From: a virus
Taxonomy: Duplodnaviria > Caudoviricetes
Reading direction: 5' to 3' (one strand)
Length of the DNA: 35,447 nucleotides
Virus record (IMG/VR): IMGVR_UViG_3300031519_000092
Location: 1-35,447 of that record
The notes under the pieces are model-generated. The model was not told where the DNA came from, searched no databases, and saw nothing but the letters and a program-made list of their open reading frames with translations. Each line of letters begins with the position of its first letter. Position 1 is the stretch's first letter. The position numbers were made by a program, and so were the translations under genes. Positions 9,348 through 17,700 of this stretch are shown piece after piece.

Positions 9348-9602
9348 ATGAATAGTTCAAAAAATCAAACGTTAGAATTTAGTTCCGCAGGTTCTGCGAT
9401 AATTAATTCTGCATCTAGCTCTCCTGCTGGAACTTTTGGAGCAATACAGTTCCTTAAAGATTCTACTTTGGATGTAGTTACAACTAGCAAAGTTACTAAC
9501 CCGGCACTCTTGTTAACTTCTTTTACCGCTGGCACTGTCTTGTATGGAGAATTTACAGGCGTGTCTATTAGCGGCGGTTTAGTTGCATTGCACCGATTCT
9601 AA
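9348..9602 (+). CDS. Small beta-rich virion protein
   Basis: AG..LYG.FT...I..G pattern typical of small tail-associated proteins. Confidence 0.6.
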   Translation: MNSSKNQTLEFSSAGSAIINSASSSPAGTFGAIQFLKDSTLDVVTTSKVTNPALLLTSFTAGTVLYGEFTGVSISGGLVALHRF

Positions 9603-9608
9603 ACTAAT

Positions 9609-9755
9609 ATGTTTCTAGGTTTAAAACTTTCATTACGCGGTGAGCAGACGTTGAGCGGAGTTGCGCCAGTGCCGTATTACTATCTAAGAAGCGACAATAG
9701 CGGGTTCACCTTTCTGCAACCAGGAACAAATTTTAAATACACTAGACCACAATAA
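9609..9755 (+). CDS. Small virion-associated protein, 48 aa (MFLGLKLSLRGEQ...KYTRPQ)
   Basis: Fills the gap exactly; MxLGLxLSL N-terminus is common before phage tail fibre genes. Confidence 0.6.
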   Translation: MFLGLKLSLRGEQTLSGVAPVPYYYLRSDNSGFTFLQPGTNFKYTRPQ

Positions 9756-9757
9756 TT

Positions 9758-10579
9758 ATGTCAGATATAACAGTTTCATCCGATGTAGATTCTATGCTAC
9801 GATCCGCAGACAATGCGGCAATACTAACCAATGTAGGTGCTGCGCCTACCGCATCTCCAACATTTACAGCAAGCGGACTTAGTCCAATTCAATTTGGAAC
9901 TGTTGGGCCACCATATGTAACCGATGGTCAGACTAGGTTTACAGACGGGATTCGTGTAGACAGCAGTAGCATAGAAGGGTTTTTGACAGGGACTGCAGGT
10001 GGAGGCGCAGTAACAGGGCAAGACCTTAATATAAGGGGAGGTGCAACTGCTGGCGATGGATCAACCGCAGGCGATTTGGTCTTATCGGGCGGTCAAGCAA
10101 TGCGAATTGCCGGGCAGACTACTACAAATGGTAAAGTAAAAATTGGTGAAGCAAATACAAACGGGGTAGAACTCTATGGCGTAACTGAAATTCAATGTCT
10201 AGGAACTACAACTGGCACGGCTCAACCAATAAATTATGATGCCAAGGAGCACCGATTTAGGGATTATGATGAGTCTCCTACTGACTTAATGGTAATTAGG
10301 AAGATTGACGGTTCAACTGGTGCAAGGATTGGAATTAATCGAGATACCGCAGATTCTACATTACACATTGTAGCCGGCAATACAGGTGGAGTGCAAGATA
10401 CAGCACTCAAAGTTGTAGGAGGTGCTTTCTTTGAAAATTATGTTAGAATTGGTCATTATGCTACTGCTGATTTACCTAGCAACCCGAACAATGGAACTGT
10501 CGTTTATAATACTACTTTAAACAAATTCCAAGGATTTCTGGGAGGATCAGGTTGGAAATCATTCCAAATGGAGGCATAA
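9758..10579 (+). CDS. Tail fibre / spike protein
   Basis: G/T-rich; IGIN....DSTLHIV fibre motif; C-terminal GTVVYNTTLNKFQGF.G.GW. Confidence 0.7.
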   Translation: MSDITVSSDVDSMLRSADNAAILTNVGAAPTASPTFTASGLSPIQFGTVGPPYVTDGQTRFTDGIRVDSSSIEGFLTGTAGGGAVTGQDLNIRGGATAGDGSTAGDLVLSGGQAMRIAGQTTTNGKVKIGEANTNGVELYGVTEIQCLGTTTGTAQPINYDAKEHRFRDYDESPTDLMVIRKIDGSTGARIGINRDTADSTLHIVAGNTGGVQDTALKVVGGAFFENYVRIGHYATADLPSNPNNGTVVYNTTLNKFQGFLGGSGWKSFQMEA

Positions 10580-10586
10580 TTTGTTG

Positions 10587-10751
10587 ATGAATGACATCAT
10601 ATACAGATCAACTGTTGGCACTGGTGGTTTTATAGCCACTATAGAGCTTTCTCCTATTAATGAAGTCCTCGGTTTTTGCGTAGGTCTTGCAACCTTTATT
10701 TACATGGCTGCATCTGCAATTAAAGTAATTAAAGAACTTAAAGACAAATAA
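10587..10751 (+). CDS. Small membrane protein, putative holin/antiholin (54 aa)
   Basis: MNDIIYRSTVGTGGFIATIELSPINEVLGFCVGLATFIYMAASAIKVIKELKDK: TM helix plus basic tail; TAATG-coupled. Confidence 0.55.
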   Translation: MNDIIYRSTVGTGGFIATIELSPINEVLGFCVGLATFIYMAASAIKVIKELKDK

Positions 10752-11149
10752 TGACCCCAGAACTACTAGCAATGCTCGGAGGAGGTGTCAGTGGCTTCAT
10801 AATGAAGCTTATTGGCACTCAGATGGACAATCAGGCTCGTCAGTTTGAGCGCATGATTACGTCTCAACAGATGGCAGATGCCTCGGCTGATGCTGCTGCC
10901 AAACGTGATGGGGGAGTCCTAGTCCGCAGGTTTTTAGTAATAGCAACCGTCTTTGCCATTGTAATAGCCCCATTCGTCTTCGCATGGACAAATGTAGGGG
11001 TTACCATAGGCAGAGAGACAAACGGCTTTCTAGGGCTATTTAAGAGCCTGCAATGGGACACCGTGCAGGGATTTGTCATTTTACCCGAAATTAGGCAGAC
11101 TGCCTTAGCCATTGTGGGATTCTACTTTGGTTCATCTCAAATTAAATAA
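10751..11149 (+). CDS. Putative 3-TM holin-like membrane protein
   Basis: Three hydrophobic segments; VRR.L, C-terminal AIVGFYFGSS. Confidence 0.65.
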   Translation: MTPELLAMLGGGVSGFIMKLIGTQMDNQARQFERMITSQQMADASADAAAKRDGGVLVRRFLVIATVFAIVIAPFVFAWTNVGVTIGRETNGFLGLFKSLQWDTVQGFVILPEIRQTALAIVGFYFGSSQIK

Positions 11150-11150
11150 T

Positions 11151-11240
11151 ATGAAAAAATGTAGTTGCGGAAAACCTAAAGCACCAATGCCTCGCAATCC
11201 TGGTAGTGGCAAGAAAATGTCACGTAAAACTTTAAAATGA
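11151..11240 (+). CDS. Tiny basic protein, 29 aa (MKKCSCGKPKAPMPRNPGSGKKMSRKTLK)
   Basis: Tight packing; ATGA overlap with next ORF. Confidence 0.55.
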   Translation: MKKCSCGKPKAPMPRNPGSGKKMSRKTLK

Positions 11241-11365
11241 GCTTATACGAAAACATAAACAAGCGAAAAAAAGCGGGAACTAGCCGATCCAAAAGCAAAT
11301 CTACTGTTAGTAAAAAAGCATTCAGTAACATGAAAAAAGGTTTTCCTAAAAAGAAATCTAAGTAA
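11237..11365 (+). CDS. Tiny basic protein, 42 aa (MSLYENINKRKKAGTSRSKSKSTVSKKAFSNMKKGFPKKKSK)
   Basis: Coupled on both sides (ATGA, TAATG); K/S-rich. Confidence 0.65.
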   Translation: MSLYENINKRKKAGTSRSKSKSTVSKKAFSNMKKGFPKKKSK

Positions 11366-11514
11366 TGAAAAAATGTCCCCTAGGGCAAGCTTTAAACGAA
11401 ACGGATGGGCGAAAAGCAAAAAACGCCATATTAAAATCTATCCAAATGTGTGAGCTTAAAGACTTATGCTACTGTCAAAAAAACATTAAACTAAAACAAC
11501 TAAGGAAAAAATAG
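11365..11514 (+). CDS. Tiny basic Cys-containing protein, 49 aa
   Basis: MKKCPLG...MCELKDLCYCQKNIKLKQLRKK; TAATG-coupled. Confidence 0.5.
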   Translation: MKKCPLGQALNETDGRKAKNAILKSIQMCELKDLCYCQKNIKLKQLRKK

Positions 11515-11516
11515 AT

Positions 11517-11645
11517 ATGCCACAAGGAAAAGGAACATACGGAAGTAAAGTAGGTCGTCCCCCCGCCAAAAAAGCCATGAATAAACGTCCAATGAAACGG
11601 GCAGCCGGAAATATGCCTAAAAAATCTGTTCGTAAACGAAAGTAG
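11517..11645 (+). CDS. Tiny basic protein with AT-hook-like GRP, 42 aa (MPQGKGTYGSKVGRPPAKK...)
   Basis: No acidic residues; KVGRPPAKK core; fills gap before tail gene. Confidence 0.65.
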   Translation: MPQGKGTYGSKVGRPPAKKAMNKRPMKRAAGNMPKKSVRKRK

Positions 11646-11657
11646 TAATTTAAAAAT

Positions 11658-13784
11658 ATGCCGCGTTATTCTGGATACGGAGCAAATGATTCTAAAATTG
11701 TCGATGAGTTCGACACTGGATACTTTGGCTTTAATAATAGGTTTCGACCCGATCAGTTGAAGTCAGGTGTCCTTGCGGACTCTCGCAACGGTCGTATGGG
11801 TCTAAATGGCGAATGGCAAGTCAGAAAAGGCATTGAAGTTATTACAAGTGAATTAGTTTCTGGAACCGAGGGGCTAACCCTTAATTTTGTATTAGATGAC
11901 GTTGGAACACCTCCAGTTATAAATAATAATGCACAGCCCAGAATTTGGGCATCCTGCGCTTATTCTGACCCAAGCCAAACTTCCAGCCAGTATATTATTA
12001 CTGCTCAAAATAGCGAAGCAATCGCGAGTAATTTAGAGACAAGAACAGCAAGTAAAGTTCCCTATCCTCCATCTTATAATTTAGGAGAATTATCTGTTTT
12101 AACTCAAGCTTTTAGGCAAGTAATTCTTTTTACAGGAGGAAAAACCTCTTTAGTTTGGGATGGAGTCGTTACTTCTGTTACCGTTGATAAGTTTGATATT
12201 GGAAAAACTTATAAAATTGATTCAATAGGAGACACGGTTTGGACAACCGTAGGAGCCACTACGGGAACTGTAGGTGAAGTTTTTATTGCAACCGCAGCAG
12301 GAATTGGAACTGGAACTGCTTTTTCTGGATTTACAAAAGTAAAAAGTGGAGCTTACGAGCAACCCGAAAGAATTGGAAATCCTTCAAATAATACATCAAT
12401 AACAAATAATGTTGTTTCAGTTGCATCAGATCTTCACGGCCTCGCAGTTGGAGATGAAATAATCGTTGTAGATCCAGGATCAACTACATTAATTTTGGGT
12501 GAAGCGTATTTTGTTGGAGCAGTTGTTGATGACAATAATTTTTCATTTTTTGCACAAAAGAATGATTCTTCAAATAGTCAAGCTCATTTTACAAAACCAG
12601 TATCTCAAGGTGTAGGATACGTTCGTATGCCAGCTCCTCCGTTTGGGGTTTATCACGGCGGAAGGCTGGTCGTTCCCTACGAATATACAGTAGGAAGTGC
12701 TCCAGGAACTTACTCCGATAGAAAAACTAAAGATGAAGTAATTTTTTCTAACGGGCTAGACATTAACACCTATGACGATGTTCCTAACACAAAACAATTA
12801 ACTGCGGGAACTGCTGATTTTATTGTAGGTCTTCATTCTTTTTCTGACGATCAATTATTAATATTTAATCGAAATAGCATACATACGATTACTAGCACTA
12901 TAAATATATCTCAGGCAGTAACGAGTCTTGTTACGGGAGAAATAGGATGCGTAGCAAAAGACAGCATAGTTCAAGTAGGAAGTAATTTGTTTTTCTTGTC
13001 TGACAGCGGAATATACGGAGCTTCCTTTCAAGATTTATATAATCTTCGAGGCAATGAAATTCCTTTAAGTGAAGCAATAAACAAAACGATTCGATCAATA
13101 AATAGAAATTTATGGCAAAATTCTTCGGCTGTATACTTTGACAACAAATATTACATTGCAGTTCCTTTAAATTCTGTCGATAGCTCGGGCGAGCCAGTTA
13201 TAGCTACAAAGAACAATGTAGTTTTAATTTACAATTTTATAAATAAACAATGGGAGTCTATTGACTCGGTTCCATCTTTCGATTATGAAAAATTAATTAT
13301 TGCTGGAGAAGGAGATAAAAGAGGAGTATATTGCGTAAATTCATTTGGTGGAGTTCACTTGCTAGAAAGCAGAAATGACGCAACTGATAGAATTTCTTCT
13401 AACCCTTCAGGTTCAAATTTAATTACAACACAACCTATTGAAGCTAGTTTAACAACTAGAGACTTTACAATTGGAACTACCGATAGGAAAAAATGGAATA
13501 CGTTTGAAATTCAAGTCCAGTCTTCTCCCGATGAAGCATCTGATTTTAATATTTTAGCAGAGACGACAGACATAGATTACAACTTAAATTTGGGAAATTT
13601 AGCTTCAAGATTAAAGGATGGCCCATTGCCTGAAAACGAAGATGTATCCATCCGTGGTAGAATAGGTAATAGTAGAGCTTACGCAATTCAGTTTACTCTA
13701 AATAATTTCTCAGGGAGACCTAGAATAAAATCAATTAAAACATCCGGAGGTATATCATTTAACTCCACAAACACAGCAATATAA
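11658..13784 (+). CDS. Tail nozzle / stabilisation protein (P22 gp10 / tail tubular B-like beta-propeller)
   Basis: ~700 aa beta-rich; IGCVAKDSIVQVG..LFFLSD.GIY, PLSE.I, AVYFDNKYYIAVP, YNF.NKQW. Confidence 0.8.
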   Translation: MPRYSGYGANDSKIVDEFDTGYFGFNNRFRPDQLKSGVLADSRNGRMGLNGEWQVRKGIEVITSELVSGTEGLTLNFVLDDVGTPPVINNNAQPRIWASCAYSDPSQTSSQYIITAQNSEAIASNLETRTASKVPYPPSYNLGELSVLTQAFRQVILFTGGKTSLVWDGVVTSVTVDKFDIGKTYKIDSIGDTVWTTVGATTGTVGEVFIATAAGIGTGTAFSGFTKVKSGAYEQPERIGNPSNNTSITNNVVSVASDLHGLAVGDEIIVVDPGSTTLILGEAYFVGAVVDDNNFSFFAQKNDSSNSQAHFTKPVSQGVGYVRMPAPPFGVYHGGRLVVPYEYTVGSAPGTYSDRKTKDEVIFSNGLDINTYDDVPNTKQLTAGTADFIVGLHSFSDDQLLIFNRNSIHTITSTINISQAVTSLVTGEIGCVAKDSIVQVGSNLFFLSDSGIYGASFQDLYNLRGNEIPLSEAINKTIRSINRNLWQNSSAVYFDNKYYIAVPLNSVDSSGEPVIATKNNVVLIYNFINKQWESIDSVPSFDYEKLIIAGEGDKRGVYCVNSFGGVHLLESRNDATDRISSNPSGSNLITTQPIEASLTTRDFTIGTTDRKKWNTFEIQVQSSPDEASDFNILAETTDIDYNLNLGNLASRLKDGPLPENEDVSIRGRIGNSRAYAIQFTLNNFSGRPRIKSIKTSGGISFNSTNTAI

Positions 13785-14716
13785 TGTCAGACATATTATC
13801 AATCCAAACTCCTTACGCTGATGACGACACTGTAACTTCTACAAATCTAAACAACTTGGTAAGTAAAGCCACGTTTACATCTGCGGTTGTTGATGGTGCT
13901 ACCACGCAACTTAATGGATCAGGAGCAGTGATTGTTCGAGATGGCGGTATTACTAAACCAAAACTTGCGGTTCCCATACAAGGAGTAATTGAACTCGTGG
14001 GGACAGAGGCTTACGTAGGAGGAGATAAAACTGGAGGCATAAGAGGAGATCAATCCCTAGATATCCAGAGCGATAGAAATTCCAATTCAGCTAGTGTGGC
14101 TTCGGGAACAAGGGCTATCGCCATTGGAAGAAATGTTAGAGCTTCTAGCGGCAATAGCACTGGCTTGGGCCAATCAGTTATTGCTTCTGGGGAAAACGCA
14201 GTAGCTATAGGGCCTGTAGCGCAAGCTACAGGGTTTCGTTCAATTGGAATAGGCAGTATCGCTCGAGCAACCGGAACCAATGCAATAGGTATTGGCAACA
14301 ATGCTTATGCGACTAGAACAAGTTCAATAGCAATAGGAAGCAATGCAACTGCTACGGCTGAATACGCACTGGCGATTGGTCACGAAGCTGAAGCTCTAGC
14401 AAATAATACAATAGCAATAGGCAGAAACTTAAAAAACAATGGCACTGGCGGGTCTGAGTTTGGATCTATGGATAGTCTTGGGAATAGAACTGGATCTGTT
14501 AGAGCCCAAAATGATGGCATGGTTTCATTTACCCGTCAAAATCCTTACGCTGTTCCTACCGCCAACGCTGGACAACCCGCTGGAACCGAAACTAATGGAT
14601 TGTTAGGCGAGGGAATGTTTACAATTGGCATTGATGTAGCGGGAACTCCCAAAGTCAATTTGTTTTACAATAACGCTGGACAAATCATGACTTTGTTTCT
14701 CGGAAATCTTGTATAG
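13784..14716 (+). CDS. Tail fibre with YadA-head-like (Hep_Hag) 14-aa repeats
   Basis: VT.TNLNNL..A and VRDGGIT..KL fibre N-term; about eight A.A.G..A(I/V)AIG repeats. Confidence 0.75.
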   Translation: MSDILSIQTPYADDDTVTSTNLNNLVSKATFTSAVVDGATTQLNGSGAVIVRDGGITKPKLAVPIQGVIELVGTEAYVGGDKTGGIRGDQSLDIQSDRNSNSASVASGTRAIAIGRNVRASSGNSTGLGQSVIASGENAVAIGPVAQATGFRSIGIGSIARATGTNAIGIGNNAYATRTSSIAIGSNATATAEYALAIGHEAEALANNTIAIGRNLKNNGTGGSEFGSMDSLGNRTGSVRAQNDGMVSFTRQNPYAVPTANAGQPAGTETNGLLGEGMFTIGIDVAGTPKVNLFYNNAGQIMTLFLGNLV

Positions 14717-14728
14717 ATTTATATAAAA

Positions 14729-17700
14729 ATGTCTCCAGTAGCCCCACCAATACCAATAGCCCCAGGCGTACCTCTAGCTTTGGGAAATACTACACCCTTA
14801 GATAGAGAAAAAACTTTCTTAGAATCTCTTACTTTGCCCGGTGAGACAACTAGCTCAGAAAGATACGATCTTTACAATTATAGAAATACCGCTGAAGGTA
14901 AAGAATTGTCTGGAGAGGTTAGCGAAAAAATCAACGAGTTACTTTTTCCAAGGTATGGGGCTCAAACAAACAGAGACGCTGCTTTTAATGATATAGTTAA
15001 TACCGTAACCGGAGGAGGATTAGATGGATTAGCTGCCAATGATTTTATCCTCAATGAAATTGAGCGTCAGGCTGGGTTAGAAATTATGAATTTGCCCAAT
15101 GTTGGGCATTTAATAAGTAGAACTTACGAAACATTTGTCCCGCCAGAGCTTCAGAGCAAACTTGACGGAACTAATGGTTATATGTCTACGGGGATTAAAA
15201 TTGCCCTACAAGCCGCTTCTATGAATGGAAGTTTAAGCGAAGCTCAAGCACAAATAGGATCATCGCTTTTAGATGCTTTTGACGACGACGCAAACAATTT
15301 TGATTATACCGACAATTCGCAAATGGGTTTTGTGGAAAGGATGTTTGCTGACCCAATGCACGTTAATGCCGCTAGATTTGGTTCACCGTTGGCAACTACG
15401 CAGGATAACCAAGATATAGTAAATGATTTTCTTTATAATGAACAATTTTTAACGGAAAAAGAAATAAATGATTATTATACAAGTCAAGGCTTAGACCCGC
15501 AATACGCTTCGACCGACAGGGGTGTTTTGCAGGCAATCGCAGAGTTTACCTCAGCGGTCACAGACGGGACTGTAAGCACTGCAAAAGAAATTAATTTTGA
15601 ATACAAAAAGTATTTTGGAGGTGAAATTGCTCAAAACGTAATTAAGCTTGGAATCCAAAGTTCAAGTTTAGGAGCCATTAGTTTAGGGGGAATGAGTATC
15701 CCAGTAGCATTTATTCTTTATCCAATATTGAATATGGTTTCCGATGCTTTAAGCCCTGACGATGGGCAAGAGGTAAGGGATCTTCTTGCCGAAGATAGAC
15801 TGTTTGGAATAATTAAGGGCATTGGCAACGATGAGATCACACTCGACGACTTAACAATTCTTTCAGGGGAAGTGTCAGATCCAGTCAGAGGAGCAGCTAA
15901 TATTTTAGATTTAGCCGCGAATCCAATAAAAATCGTAGAAGGCATCTACGACAATCTTATTGGCAATATTCCTGTTGTGGGCGATTTGGTTGGAAGCGTT
16001 TTTGGGCAATTTACGCCAGAAGCAAGTCCAGAAGAACGAGCTGCAGCTTTACAGGAACTTTATACGCAAGCTGCTTATAATCAACTTGCAGAAGATGTGC
16101 TTAATGCAACTCCAGAGCAAGTCCAAGATTATTTAGATAGAACATCCGATTATCCTCCAACGTATGAAGATTTGGTAAAACAAATTGATGAATATTTTGA
16201 CGAGCAGTTTCCAGATGCTGAGATAAACAATCAAATTGATGATTTAGAATCTCAATATCAATCAATGTATGATGATCTTTTTGGCGACGATGATTACATA
16301 AATGGTTTAGAAAACATTAAGCTTGAAGATTATAACAGTGTCGAGGAATGGAACGCGGCACAAGATGCCTTTGGTGAAGAATATACTTCTGGATTGTCTG
16401 ACTTAAGAGATCAGATGGAAAACCTTGAAAACAGCAAAAGCAACGGAAATACCGGAAATACAGGAAATACAGGAAATACAGGAAATACAGGAAATACCGG
16501 AAATAATAACGGAAATAATAATAACAATATGGATCCCGAAACAGAATATCAAAATCAACTTGCCGAATACGACCGCCAAATAGCGGCAATTGAGCAAGAA
16601 ATCGACGCGCTAAATCTCGAGCAGAATCAGACCTACTATGATGGACTTGAGGAGGCACTCGAGGATTCGACCGAGGAATCGTATTATGATGATGTAGCTG
16701 CTTATGATCAAACATGGTCGGATAGGTATGATCCAATCAGAAGTCGCTTAGACCAAGTTGAAAGTGAGAAGCAAGCTTTAATAGATTCGTATAATGAGGA
16801 ACAGCAGCAAATCTTTGAGAATAAAAGATATTGCGAAGCTAAGTGGGGAACCTCTGACCTCGACCTTTGCGCTTATAAAGACGAACAGGAATCGATAGCT
16901 GAGATGGGCGCATACGATGGTCTTGTACCTGATGAGACTGGGCCTGTTGATCCTGAAAATCGCACTAACTGGCAGCCCGAATATAACAGTGAATATAGCG
17001 AAGATACTCCCCATCAAACTACGTGTTATGATAGTCAAGGGCCATACACTTGTTACACAAATGATGATGGATTAAGGCAACAAGAAGGATTTAATGAAGG
17101 CGGCACTTTTGACGAAGATGGAAACTATACTCCTCCAACAACCAAAACAGATGATGATGGCCCAGGATTAAACGATGAACCTGGCAGTGGTCATACTAAT
17201 CTTCCTGGAGAAACGAATACAGAGCGAAGAGCAAGAGAAGCAAGAGAAGCAGTTGACAGTGGTGGTGGAGGCGGTGGCGGCGGCGGCGGCGGAGGCGGAG
17301 GCGGCGGCGGAGGCGGCGATGATGACACAGATCCTAATAACAATAACAATAACAACAACAGCGGCCCCCAGACAAGGCCGGATCTAACGACTGACGAAGA
17401 AAAAACTAAGGGGTATTCTGACGATTTTAAGAAATATAAAGCACAGGGGATGAGCGATGAAGAAGCTCGCGAATTAGCTTATGAAAATGTAAGAAGAGCT
17501 TCGGAGGGTGAAGAACCATTATCAGATGATGAGGAAGAAAGAAAAGAACAATTTAAAACTTCTGACGACGTAGCCGATCTATATGTTGATGCTTTAAATA
17601 AAGCTAAAGCCGAAAACCCAGGCATGACGGATGCTCAAGCTGCAGTTGTAGCAAATCAAGCCGTAGAGGACGAAACTGGAATTAAAGATTATGGAAACAT

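Noticed and set aside
9758-14716. Diversity-generating retroelement target
   Set aside because: No reverse transcriptase and no TR/VR pair seen
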